From Eledone cirrhosa (Eukaryota): DNA of 64,000 bases. This document shows, piece by piece, positions 42,179 through 55,057 of this stretch. The stretch's first letter is position 1, and each line of letters begins with the position of its first letter. The notes under the pieces were generated by a model. It searched no databases, was not told the DNA's origin, and was given only the letters and a program-made list of their open reading frames with translations. The position numbers and the translations under genes are program-made. Where the stretch lies: contig OZ024757.1 of assembly GCA_964016885.1 (NCBI GenBank), positions 36,766,001-36,830,000 on the forward strand. The letters run 5' to 3'.

Positions 42179-42219
<41 letters not shown>

Positions 42220-42222
<3 letters not shown>

Positions 42223-42657
42223 AAGTTTTATTTAAATTGTTGGGTTACAACGAGTAAATATTTATAACTGATATAAAAGCACTCAACAAGTATTTGGAGT
42301 ATATTTACGATATTAAATAAATGGAAACTATATTTATAAAACCATATTTATTTCACTATATATATTTCAGGGATATCATATTAAAAATATGTTATGCCTT
42401 CTTCAGACAAAATACAATATAAACAGTCTTATAAATAGATAGATTTGACATACCTTTCAACTTCAACTTCCATTTAAAAATCAACTTTTTAAATGGAAGT
42501 TGAAGTTGAAAGGTATGTCAAATCTATCTATTTATAAGACTGTTTATATTGTATTTTGTCTGAAGAAGGCATAACATATTTTTAATATGATATCCCTGAA
42601 ATATATATAGTGAAATAAATATGGTTTTATAAATATAGTTTCCATTTATTTAATATC

Positions 42658-42660
<3 letters not shown>
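42220..42660. mobile_element. PLE pLTR-like fold-back: 175-bp apparently perfect inverted repeat
   Basis: Arms 42306-42480 / 42486-42660 with spacer tcaac; flanked by (TA)n on both sides. Confidence 0.85.
42552..42617 (+). ncRNA. Minimal type I hammerhead motif (mirror copy on the minus strand at 42349-42414)
   Basis: tattttgt-CTGAAGA-aggcataacatatt-ttt-aatatgatatccct-GAAA-tatata-TA-gtgaaata; long helix II, palindromic helix III, AUA triplet. Confidence 0.65.
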
Positions 42661-42719
<59 letters not shown>

Positions 42720-42773
42720 TATACAAGAAGGTAGTACAGCATAATCGAAGCTCCAGATGTATATATATATATG

Positions 42774-42804
<31 letters not shown>

Positions 42805-42805
<1 letters not shown>

Positions 42806-43399
42806 CACCTTTGTCAGCCGCTCTCCAGATATCTATTTAAGGCTGTACATGGCTATGGTGTGGCCACACTTAGAATTTGCATCACCAGTCTGGAACCCCT
42901 ATCTTGCTCAGGACATTGACCGCCTGGAAACTGTTCAGAGACGTGCAACCAAGCGAATACCCTCCATCAGGCATCTACCATACTCTGAGCGCCTTGCTTC
43001 CCTGGGCATGGATTCATTGAAGCTCCGACGCCTGGCAACTGACTTGGTAAACACCTACAAAATTGTTAACCATGTTGCCAACAACAACCCTGAGTGCCTT
43101 TTCGATTTCCATGTGTCTAACACACGTGGACATGCCCACAAAGTAAGAAAACAGCACAGCTCCCATGACTTTCGGAAACATTTTTTCACGCTCAGAGTTG
43201 CTGAAGCATGGAACAAACTACCTGCATCAGTTGTTAGCTGTCGAGACACTGCATCCTTTAATGCCTCCATGCTTCCCGAGATCCGCCAACACTACAGCTA
43301 ACACATACAAACATGTACTTCCCTGGCATTTGTGTATTATTCTATGTACTATATTGACGAGTTGTAGTGCACCTGAGCACTTTACACAATAATTTCATT

Positions 43400-43412
<13 letters not shown>
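42805..43412 (+). mobile_element. CR1-clade LINE, longest 3' fragment in the window
   Basis: LYMAMVWPHLEFASPVWNPY...LETVQRRATK...YSERL...LRR..DL...FFTLRVAEAWNKLP, the CR1 ORF2 C-terminus. Confidence 0.92.
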
Positions 43413-43461
<49 letters not shown>

Positions 43462-43934
43462 CATATATATATACACCTCTTTATAACTACATATTATCAT
43501 CATCGTTTTAAAATCTGCTTTATCTGTTAGCAAGGATTGACCGCATCCACATAGACCAAGTCAGGGGCTACTGACCTCCTGGACAGGCCATCATTATATA
43601 TATATACATATATGAAAAAAGAAAAGAATGACCTCACTGGTGATTGTGGTGTTTTTAATAATTCAAGTTGTTATTGATATTACTACTACTACTATTATCA
43701 ATAGTGAATAGAGTTGAACTATTATAGAACACCATCTACTAGAGAAGTCATTTGTCTCTTTTTTCAAATATGTCTTACTGTACCATATATATATATTTCA
43801 GTCCAGAAATAGCCGTCGAGACGGCTTGAGCTCTGCCGTCGGGGTCATACTTTTTCATATTATCCACTCTACTACCCTAAATATTGAGTACTCTGGTGCG
43901 TTATGGTCCATCTGGTTCCTTACCACAACTCCTT

Positions 43935-43972
<38 letters not shown>

Positions 43973-44051
43973 CACATGTATATATACAATATATACATGT
44001 ATACATATATATATATAATATATACATGTTTATATACATATATATATAATA

Positions 44052-44535
44052 TAATGTATAATAAACAATACAATATAATTACCTCATTACCAGAGGTTTC
44101 CCGAATAAGACGAATACGAAAAACGTCCTCATTCGTTCGTCGGACAAGGCAATTTAAAACATAGTGAAATATTTGGAAAGTCTCCTCAAGAAATGCAAAA
44201 ATTATATAAATAAAAGTAATGAAAGAGATATATAAAAAAATATAAGGAAATATAGTTAGGGTATGTGTATATGTATGTATATACACTCACAAATGTACAT
44301 GTGTGTATGTACAAATGCATGTGTATGGTGAAAATGTGTGCATAAATACATATATGAGGGCAAGTATATTTGTGTATATGTGACCACAAATACGTATATA
44401 ATTATTCGGGAAACCTCTGGTAATGAGGTAATTATATTGTATTGTTTATTATACATTAAATTTTGCTCTGGTACTTACATAGAGCACTCTTCACTCCTAT
44501 GACTTTTTCTATTTTCAACGGAAACTTCAATACAT
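44052..44535. mobile_element. PLE-like insertion with inverted 5' segment; hammerhead at 44077-44154 (minus), core CCGACGA
   Basis: Arms 44052-44108 / 44402-44458; 11-bp helix I aattgccttgt / atgaggtaatt; same family as 6875-7092. Confidence 0.7.
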
Positions 44536-44727
44536 ATATATATATATAAAGGAGAAAATTGAGAGTGTGTAACACTCAACTTATCAGATAGGCAGTATAT
44601 GGTTAGCTCAATGTCTGAAGACAGAGCCGTAATACAATTAACAACAAAGAGCGCTTAGAACATAGGTATATCTTTAATTGCTGACAATGTTTCGTCCACA
44701 CAATATATATATATATATATATATATA

Positions 44728-45219
44728 TCATCATCATCATCATCATCATCATTTTACGTCCGCTTTTCCCTGCTTGCAAGGGTGGGACGGGTCTTATTCA
44801 GCACAGCATCTCTCCACTCGTCACGGTCCCTCGTCATCTCCACCGTGAGCTTCAATGATCTGAGGTCTGTTCTCACCACCTCCGCCCATGTTTTTCGTGG
44901 TCTACCTCTACTACGTCTTCCTTCAACTGGCATTTCCTGGCACTTCTTCACCCATCGGTCATCCTCCATGCGCATCACATGTCCATACCACCTCAGTCTC
45001 CTCTCCCGTACACTACATTCTATCCCTCTCAGACACAGTTTCTCTCTCAACACATTTATGCTGGGTCGTTCACGCACATTTACACTGCACATCCAACGGA
45101 GCATGCTTGCCTCATTTCTCTCCAGCCGTCGCATATCTTCTGCGGTAGCTGCCCATGTCTCACTACCATGCAGCATCGCGCTCCTCACACAGGCATCATA
45201 CAACCGGCCTTTCGTACGC
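44728..45219 (-). mobile_element. RTE LINE family 1, young 5'-truncated copy
   Basis: RTKGRLYDACVRSAMLHGSETW...RGRPRKTW...SREKRT* plus (TGA)n; nearly identical to 49640-50130. Confidence 0.95.
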
Positions 45220-45230
45220 CTTTCGTATAT

Positions 45231-45429
45231 ATATAAAAACAAATGACGAAGCGAAATTAAATTTCGTTTCGTTTGTAACTCACTTTTGCATGACTGACGC
45301 TCAAACAATTAAGTTAAAAAAAAAAATATGTAGATGTAATTTTTTTAACTTAATTGTTTGAGCGTCAGTCATGCAAAAGTGAGTTACAAACGAAACGAAA
45401 TTTAATTTCGCTTCGTCATTTGTTTTTAT
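45231..45429. repeat. ~90-bp-arm inverted repeat
   Basis: ataaaaacaaatgacgaagc...aagttaaaaa / tttttaactt...gcttcgtcatttgtttttat. Confidence 0.9.
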
Positions 45430-46111
45430 CGTCTCCGCTGAACCGGTGCGTACTCGCACTCTATGCAAATTGGTCTGCCCACTACTAATTTTCATAGAAA
45501 AAGCATATAACGATATGTGCTTTTACAATTCTCCAGAAGGGCCGGTAGATGGGTAAATATTGCTAATGAGTTGTAACAACAACGAAACTAGTTCAATATT
45601 CCTTGTCTGGCTTTCTGGAGAATAGAGGGAAGGTGTTCCCTCAAAAACCAGTATGACTCTAAAAACCGGTTTGTCTGTGTGTTTACATACAGAATAGCTG
45701 GGTGCTCACAGTAAAGCAACCAGTGAAAGACTTGTTACATATACATATGTATACGTGTGTGTATTCATATACACACTAGTATTTCAGTATGCATATGTAG
45801 ATGTAATTTTTTTAACTTAATTATATATATATATATATATATATATTATTATGTAATAAACAACATAAGGCATTATAATGCCTTATGTTGTTTATTACAT
45901 AATAATAATTAAGCTCTGTTGCTTACATAGAGCACTCTTTTTTCCTGGACTTTTCCGACCGGAATTACTTCATTCACACATATATACAAAAATATATATA
46001 TGAAGCAAGTATTTCTATTGTGTTTCTGGATCTGTTACCAAAATGTGTAGGAATAACTGCTAATAGAATGATTATACGCACAAATATATATACATACATA
46101 CATATATATAC

Positions 46112-46178
<67 letters not shown>

Positions 46179-46461
46179 GACATATATATATACATATACA
46201 TATAGACATAGATAAACACATTCATCTGTGCACACAGATACACACATACATACAGTCACATACATACAGTCACATACATACATACCAGTAGCTGCAAATA
46301 ACTTGTTAAAACAAGAAAAGTCTGCTTCTAGCAAGATATTTAGAGTAGATGACATCAGGAATTTTTTAACTTGCAACATATATAGATATAGTTGTAAGCA
46401 GACATACACACATACAAATATATATATATATTAGCATATATGTGTGTGTATATATATATAT

Positions 46462-46573
<112 letters not shown>

Positions 46574-46600
46574 GCACACATATATCTGTGTATGTATATG

Positions 46601-46638
<38 letters not shown>

Positions 46639-46666
46639 AATACACACATATATCTGTGTATGTATA

Positions 46667-46702
<36 letters not shown>

Positions 46703-47164
46703 CATACATGTGCATTACTCTCTCTCTCTCTCTCTCTCTCTCTTTCTATGTGTATGTATATGTGTTTGGAATATACCTGAGTTGGTTTTGAAAATAAGTG
46801 TTGCGACTATTTGATGAATGGAACAGCCTTCTCATCAAATCAAGATATAAGTGGTTGAGTATTCCAAAGATACCTGTACTCTTAACGTAATTCTCACGGG
46901 GATCCCACCAGGGTATCTCGTACGTCAAATAAATCTGGCCCTTTGAATTACATGTACAGTCCATCCAGTTTGCTCCCAAACTGTTTCCATCAACTCAATA
47001 ATTTCAAATGATTTGAAAATTATTGGCAGTGTCTTTCATTCCCTGGAGGACAGTCTTGGCAAGCCCTGAAGATCTTGTCATCTGCCCGAACAGTACAAGA
47101 AGGGAGGGAGGAAGAAAGGCAGATAGTGAAGGAAATGGGAGGACATCCCGAAATGGACAAGCAT

Positions 47165-47620
47165 GAAACTGGGTGTAACAGTGTGGACTGGGTGCTTTTT
47201 ATCATGGAACTATGATGATCACTCTACAGTGTGGACTAGGCACTTTTTGTCATGATACTAACACAACCACTGTACAGTGTGGACTGGGCACTTTTTGTCA
47301 TGATACTAACACAACCACTGTACAGTGTGGACTGGGCACTTTTTGTCATGATACTAACACAACCACTGTACAGTGTGGACTGGGCACTTTTTGTCATGAT
47401 ACTAACATGACCACTTTACAGTGTTGACTGGGTGCTTTTTGTCGTGATACCAACATGACTACTTTACAGTGTTGACTGGGTGCTTTCTCTCGTGATACTA
47501 ACACAACCACTTTACAGTGTTGACTGGGTGCTTTCTCTCGTGATACTAACACAACCACTTTACAGTATGGACTGGGTGTTTTTTGTTGTGATGCCTACAC
47601 GACCACTTTACAGTGTGGGC
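47165..47620. repeat. 48-bp minisatellite derived from the SINE-A/RTE 3' UTR module (~9 copies); related array at 39830-40010
   Basis: Unit actgtacagtgtggactgggcactttttgtcatgatactaacacaacc approximates the reverse complement of the segment in 37125-37180 and 52265-52355. Confidence 0.9.
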
Positions 47621-48369
47621 ATGGTAACAAAAGGGTTAATTTTAAACACTAGTTTAATAATAAGGAAGTTAGTTATATTACCAAATCCTTCCAAATTCTT
47701 GATTATTTTCAAAATGATTTGAAAATTATTGGCAGTGTCTTTTAGAAATATAGCAACGAAAATGTTAAGAATTCTTCTTGCAAAATAAATTTGCATGCTT
47801 AGGTGAGAATCAGATCTTAGTTTGGCAGTGTTATAGCAATTGATTCTATGGATTCACTGGGCCATTTTCCAGTAGGTATTTCACTGATATATCATTCACC
47901 TCCCTACATTAGCATTTCTACATTCATGTTATCTGTTCAAGGTGAACAAAAAACACAGTTTTCTAATTGCTTGTGTAACAACTTTCTGAAGTTCAACTGA
48001 TTTCAGGCTCTTTCTCTCTCTCACTTTGCTCTTTGGTAAAGTAAAGGGTATTTCTTTTCATAATTGTTTTAGCACATTACTATCTACCTTTGTACTGTTG
48101 TACACTTGGCTGTAAAGTTCCTTCATACTATTCTTCTCTCCAGCTATCAGTTACTTCATTTGTTATGATTACTTACTTGGTATATTTATCTTCAACAACT
48201 TGACATTTAGCTAACCAATTCCTTGGTTATATCTTCAACCATTTGCTATAACTTTTATTCAGTTATTTGCTCTCTGTGGCATCTTTCTATTTCTTCACAT
48301 CTTTCATTAACTCAATCTATCTATTGCTGCCCTAATTTACCATTTCTGCTTTCCTAGTCACTAACCTAT

Positions 48370-48655
48370 CTTCATATTAGATAACCTATTTTTTATTATG
48401 TAACCTATCATCTTATTGTTTAATATACATCCCTATTGCTCAGCCTATCTTCATATTAGCTAATCTATCTTTCTATAAGCTAACCTATCATCTTATTGTT
48501 CATTATACACCCCTATTGGTCAACCTATATTTGTATTAGCTAATCTATCTATCAATAAGCTAACCTATCATCTTATTGTTCATTATACACCCCCTATTCG
48601 TCAACCTATATTTGTATTAGCTAATCTATCTTTCTATTAGCTAACCCATCTTCTT
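48370..48655. repeat. 80-bp tandem repeat, ~3.5 copies
   Basis: taacctatcatcttattgtt at 48401, 48481 and 48561. Confidence 0.85.
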
Positions 48656-48820
48656 ATTATGATAATGAAATTATTGTGTACAGTGCTCAGGTGCACTACA
48701 ACTCATCAAAGGTGCATGTATAGTACATAGAATAATGTACAAATGTCAGGAAAGTGAACAGTGTATGAGTCATGTGTGCGTGTGTATAGAGGGGGATATC
48801 AATATACATCACTTATATAC

Positions 48821-50131
48821 ATTCTTAGAGAAGAATAAGCCACTATACTTGGCCTTTGTTGACCTAGAGAAGGCCTTTGATAGGGTACCCCGATCTGTCA
48901 TCTGGTGGTCCCTAAGGAAGCTGGGTGTTGAGGAATGGCTTGTAAGGACAGTGCAAACTTTGTACAGAGGTACTCTCAGTAAAGTCAGGGTAGGAATGGA
49001 GTTTAGTGAGGAATTCCAGATACAAGTAGGAGTACATCAGGGTTCGGTCCTCAGCCCGCTCTTGTTCATTATAGTCCTCCAAGCCATAACAGAGGAGTTT
49101 AAGACTGGCTGTCCATGGGAACTTCTCTATGCTGACGATCTGGCTCTTATGGCAGAATCAGTAGAGGAGCTAGAGAATAAATTCCGGCTATGGAAACAGC
49201 AGTTGGAAGCAAGAGGACTGAGAGTAAATCTAGCTAAGACAAAAGTGTTGATGAGTAGAAAAGAGGACAAAACCCTGATTCCGTCAGGGAAATGGCCATG
49301 TTCGATATGCAGAAAAGGAACTGGCATAAATTCTATAAAATGCACACAATGTAGGTCCTGGGTACACAAGAGATGTAGCGGGATAGCAGGCAAACTAACA
49401 GGTAGGGAGAAATATGTATGCAGTAGATGTACAGGGAAATTAGACAGTAGAAGTCGCACTGATAGACACATTTTTCAAATGTGAGAGGGCGCTATAGAAG
49501 TGGTGGATAGCTTCCGGTACCTAGGAGATCAGATTAGCATGGGAGGAGGGTGTTCCGAGGCCATAGTATCTAGAATAAGGACGGGTTGGAAGAAGTTTAG
49601 GGAGCTGCTTCCTCTGTTGACGAAGAAGGGTTTCTCCCTGCGTACGAAAGGCCGGTTGTATGATGCCTGTGTGAGGAGCGCGATGCTGCATGGTAGTGAG
49701 ACATGGGCAGCTACCGCAGAAGATATGCGACGGCGGGAGAGAAATGAGGCAAGCATGCTCCGTTGGATGTGCAGTGTAAATGTGCGTGAACGACCCAGCA
49801 TAAATGTGTTGAGAGAGAAACTGTGTCTGAGAGGGATAGAATGTAGTGTACGGGAGAGGAGACTGAGGTGGTATGGACATGTGATGCGCATGGAGGATGA
49901 CCGATGGGTGAAGAAGTGCCAGGAAATGCCAGTTGAAGGAAGACGTAGTAGAGGTAGACCACGAAAAACATGGGCGGAGGTGGTGAGAACAGACCTCAGA
50001 TCATTGAAGCTCACGGTGGAGATGACGAGGGACCATGACGAGTGGAGAGATGCTGTGCTGAATAAGACCCGTCCCACCCTTGCAAGCAGGGAAAAGCGGA
50101 CGTAAAATGATGATGATGATGATGATGATGA
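48821..50131 (+). mobile_element. RTE LINE family 1, 5'-truncated, RT domain with one frameshift near 49485
   Basis: AFVDLEKAFDRV, GVHQGSVLSPLLF, LLYADDL, FRYLG, LHGSETW, RGRPRKTW; (TGA)n tail. The ORF-track N-terminus (48735-48820) is an antisense CR1 tail. Confidence 0.95.
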
Positions 50132-51393
50132 TCACTATTGGTCAATATACTGGCTAACCTATCTTCCTGTTGGTCAACATATATCCCTCTCAGTCAACTT
50201 GTCTTCCTAAATCCAGGATTAGTGCTACTATAAAGGTTAACCAGACAGCCACATAGGGGTAAAGGCCTCAGAGAAGCACATTAGTAAACCTTAACCCTTT
50301 AGCATTCAAACTGGCCATATCTGGACAGATTTCTCTCACCTCTTTCTGTTCAAGTTGGCCATAACCGGCCACTCATACTGACATTATGGTATTGTTCTCA
50401 AAATAAATAATATCATCAAAATCTCATAGATTCCATATTATGTGAGATAAAGCTTTTACCATGAAAATATAATAGTATATATAGAGTAATGTAAATGCTA
50501 AAGGGTTAAAACACCACAGCTTTATACAAATTTGTAATTAAATCAGTTTGGGAGATTAGTAGCTTTGATCTGTGAAGAGCCTTTCAAACCTTGCTAGCAG
50601 AGAAAGCAGACATTGAATATTGACGATGACCCGTCTAACCCATGCTAGTGTGGAAGATAGACGTTAAACAATGATGATGATAATGATGATATCAAAACAT
50701 GTCAATTACCTATCATTTTATGAAATGTTTCTTTTCAGAAATACAAATATATTTAAGATAAACCAGTTTGTAAACCAGTATTTAAAGTTACCAACGTATT
50801 AAGAAAATAACTTTAACTTTAAAACGTCAATGCTGTGTAACGATAACAAACCAACTTTTTGTGGAAATTCCTAAATCTCCAGGACGACTGTAAAATTTCT
50901 TTTAACCCTTTAGCATTTACATTACTCTATATTTACTATTATATTTTTGTATTAATATAATATAGAATCTACGAGATTTTGATATTTACTTTGAGAACAA
51001 TACCTTGTTATCAGTATCTGTGGCTGGTTACAGCCGGTTTGAACAGAAAGAGGTGAGAGAATTCTGGCCGGATACGGCCGCTTTAAATGCTAAAGGGTTA
51101 ATGCATACTAAATATGCCGCATGTGTCCTACTTTTTAGAATAGATACACTGTATCCCTGCATGTCTTAAGAGGCAACTAAAAGAGTTGGTGGCAGGAAGG
51201 CCATCTGGCTGTAAAACATTGTCTCAAAGCATCTTGTCAAACCCATGACAACATGGAAGAGTCGGCATAAAAACAATGACAAATAGTTTAAGTTTATATC
51301 AACCAGTAGGAAATGTGTATATCCGGTTTAGAATGGGTACACTATATCCCTGCATGTCATAGGAGGCAACTAAAAAAGATTGGTGTATGTATG

Positions 51394-51434
<41 letters not shown>

Positions 51435-51437
<3 letters not shown>

Positions 51438-52515
51438 TGTAGTGGGATCACAGGTAAGCTAACTAAGAACATAGACTTTACATGTGGCCGGTGTTCTGGT
51501 GCAATAAGTAGCAGCAAGTGCCCACAAAATACTAGCTCTTTCAATTGCGCAGAGGGTTCTATAGAAATAGTGGACAGCTTCCGTTACCTGGGCGATAAAA
51601 TCAGCAGTGGGGGAGGGTGCTCTGAAAGTACTGTAGCTAGAGTCAGAACTGGTTGGAAAAAGTTTAGAGAGCTTATACCACTATTAGCTGCTAAAGGGTT
51701 CTCCCTAAAAATGAAAGGCAGGTTGTACGATGCCTGCATACGAACAGCAATGTTGCATGGTAGTGAGACCTGGGCATTGTGTGCAGAGGATATACGCAGA
51801 CTAGAGAGGAACGAAGCTTGCATGCTCCGCTGGATGTGTAACAGTAATATACGTGAACGGCAAAGCATAAACGAACTAAGGAAAAAATTAGAGATAAGAG
51901 GGATCAGATGTTGTTTACTCGAGAGAAGGCTGCATTGGTATGGACACGTGATGCGCATGAAAGTCGATAGCTGTATTACAAAGTGCAGGGCAATAAAGAT
52001 AGACGGTAGCCACGGAATAGGCAGACCTAGAAAAACATGGGATGAGCTGATAAACTCCGACCTCACACACTTACACCTCTCCAAGACAATGTCACTGGAC
52101 CGTGACCTTTGGCGGTACTCAGTAACAGAGAAGACCCGCCTTGCCAGTAGGCATCTCTAACAAAATACACCCCGTCCCGCCACCACCCCCACCCCATCCA
52201 CACCACCCCGTTCTATGTAAAGTTATGTTGGTGCCGCGCCATCCAGGCCGAAACAAATGAGATCGTGTAGGTGTCACGACAAAAAAACACACAGTCCACG
52301 CTGTAATGTGGCCGTGTAGGCAACACGGTAAAAACCTCCCAGACCCACACTGTAAATGTGGTTGGTGTTAGGAAGGGCATCCAACTGTAGAAAACCTGCC
52401 AGACAGTCCTATGCGAGCAAGACAATCACTCTTGCCTCAAGTGGGACTACCCCCGTCCAAACCCATGCAAGCGTGGAACACGGACGTTAAACGTTGATGA
52501 TGATGATGATGATGA
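51435..52515 (+). mobile_element. RTE LINE, second subfamily with long 3' UTR
   Basis: Open frame RCSGITGKL...VDSFRYLG...LHGSETW...GRPRKTW to 52160, then a UTR ending ggacgttaaacgt(tga)n. Confidence 0.92.
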
Positions 52516-52529
52516 TATATATATATATG

Positions 52530-52605
<76 letters not shown>

Positions 52606-52857
52606 TGTATGTATGTATGTATGTATAAAATAATCTATATCAGCTGTTTATTTGCAAAACAGGTTTTTCAACCTAAATTGATCCAAGGAAAGATAACCCA
52701 CACCAAGCCCAGTAAATAAAATAACTTCAACAATAATTCAACATTAAACTCTTACACGGTTGTTAGGTTTATCACACGACTAAATAATAGCAGTCTAATG
52801 AGTAAAACCAGTAAAACAATCAACAAATATTTATTGCAGACGGGCCTATATATATAT

Positions 52858-53573
52858 AATATGTTGAAAAGGTAACACACTAGAGAGAGATACAGTGCAC
52901 CATCAATAAAACAGGGAAAACCACCAGTGTATGGAATCTATAACCTATGAAAGGCAGACTATAGACACGATAATTAAAAATATAAATTAAAGCGTAAATA
53001 AACACCTCTATAACTATATAACACACGTACACGTCTCCAAAGAGATCTGTTTTGCCAGGAAGTTGTTGACAGAAATGGAATAACCTCGGTTCTTCAGCGT
53101 GTGTAAGGCTATACATTTCAGACAACACTAAGAGAATTTTAAAGCGACTGTCCAGCTACACGTGGGAGAGAGAAGTCACAGCATGTTTAAGGGCAGTGAA
53201 ACAGTGGCCTCTGAGGGACGAGCTGCTAGAAAGGGCAGCCCAAAACCACTCAGAGAAGTGTGCTCAACCAAACAGAGAGAGAGGAAAGACTGTTATAAGG
53301 AGTGAAATATCACGATAAATTAACGGAGCCATAGATTCTCGCCATTCCCTGTAAATAATGTGCTCAAAGGAGAGGAAATCCTGAGCTCTTTAAAATACAA
53401 TATGTTGAAAAGGTAACACACTAGAGAGAGATACTGATAGCGCACTGTATATCTCTCTCTAGTGTGTTACCTTTTCAACATATTGTATTTTAAAGAGCTC
53501 AGGATTTCCTCTCCTTTGAGCACATTATTTACAGGGAATGGCGAGTCTATGGCTCCGTTAATTTATCATGATA
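52858..53573 (-). mobile_element. PLE pLTR/retrozyme-like unit: ~541-bp direct-repeat spacing plus ~125-bp fold-back
   Basis: aatatgttgaaaaggtaacacactagagagagatac at 52858 and 53399; inverted arms 53307-53433 / 53449-53573; degenerate hammerhead CTGAAGA...c-AAAAC-agatct at ~53035-53103. Confidence 0.7.
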
Positions 53574-53593
53574 TATATATATATATATACACC

Positions 53594-53630
<37 letters not shown>

Positions 53631-54559
53631 TATATATAGGAGTATAAACAATGTTTCATACACTCAACATGTTTGTGCTAACCATTGGTTTCGGAGTCCA
53701 GTCATGGCCACCACTTACAATGGAGAATGCACTCTTAAGCTGGCCCTTCATTCAGGCACGTGGACAAATATATATATATATATATACCCTCTGTGTCTCT
53801 TTCTCATTTCCTCTCTCTCTCTCACTTTCTATCTTTCTCTGGAAGAAATTTGCTGTATTCAGGCCTGAAGAGGGATGGGCTCCGCCAGGCTTAAAATGCC
53901 CCAAGAAACGCTGCATGTCAATACGGCGTCCCTACGATTCTATCAGGAGTTACTGGACCACACACACACACACACACATATATATACACCTTTTAAAAGG
54001 CATAATTTATCACTGAGAGTTATCTCCCCTGTTTATACGAATAATTCTACTTTCTCTGCTGTGAAGTCAACTTTATCGCTGACTAACGAAAAATACAACC
54101 AGTCAATTCAACAAATTTCAATTAAATTATACAACGTTTGCAGTAAAAAAAATTAAATAACGAAAGTAAAAAGGGAGAGGAGGGGGTACACCCAGGTCTC
54201 AGCGGCACCCAGCGGACATAATAGCGAAAATATTGTCATGGAGACCAGCCGACGATACCCGCTGCACCAGCCACTCCACTTCATGGGGCTACTGCGTCAG
54301 TTCATATAATCAACATTTCCTCTCCATCATCGCGGGGGTAGCGGGAGAGTCAGAGGAAGTGACAGTGGGTGTTTGGTTCTTTTGTGTTCGGACCTGTATG
54401 TATCTGTATTTGATTTCTTAATACATATACTTGTCAGATATATTAATCCAAGAGTTACGAATTAAGAGTTATGTCCCTTTCTGAGAACCACTCACGATTG
54501 AATTCATGACAATGTAATCAGCTCTCTCTTACCATTACATTACAGTCAGGCCCTGTCAA

Positions 54560-55012
54560 ACTGGTGGGTAATGTAGGCCTCACCAAAGCTGGTATAGGCC
54601 TGGGTTAGATGGGTAATGTAGGCCCCACCAAAGCTGGTAATGGGCCCAGGTCAGATGTGAAATATAGATCTCCTCAAACTTGGTTCTAGGCCTGGGCCAA
54701 ATGTGAAATGTAGGCCCCATTAAAGCTGGTAATAGGCCTGGACTAGATGTGAAATGTAGGCCCCACCAAAGTTGGTAATAGGCCTGGGCTAGATGTGAAA
54801 TGTAGGCCCCACCAAAGCTGGTAACAGACTTGAGCTAGATGTGAAATGTAGGCCACATTAAAGCTGGTAATAGGCCTGGGCCAGATGTGAAATATCAGCC
54901 TCCTCAAAGTTGGTAATAGGTCTGGGCCAGATGTGAAATGTAGGCCCTACCAAACCTGGTGACAGAACCAGACCAGATGTAAAATGCAGACACACTCCCC
55001 TCCCACCAAAGC
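54560..55012. repeat. 46-bp minisatellite (~9-10 copies) beside the exon C donor
   Basis: Unit aggcctgggctagatgtgaaatgtaggccccaccaaagctggtaat (54734, 54780, ...). Confidence 0.9.
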
Positions 55013-55057
55013 TCATAATAGTCCTAGTGGTATTAGACTCAAATGATCAATACATAC

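Noticed and set aside
53860-53935. CTGAAGA...GAAAC-gc..gc-GTC as a hammerhead
   Set aside because: Part of a dispersed repeat whose other copy (19350-19465, minus) has CTGGAGA and lacks the helices; likely chance.
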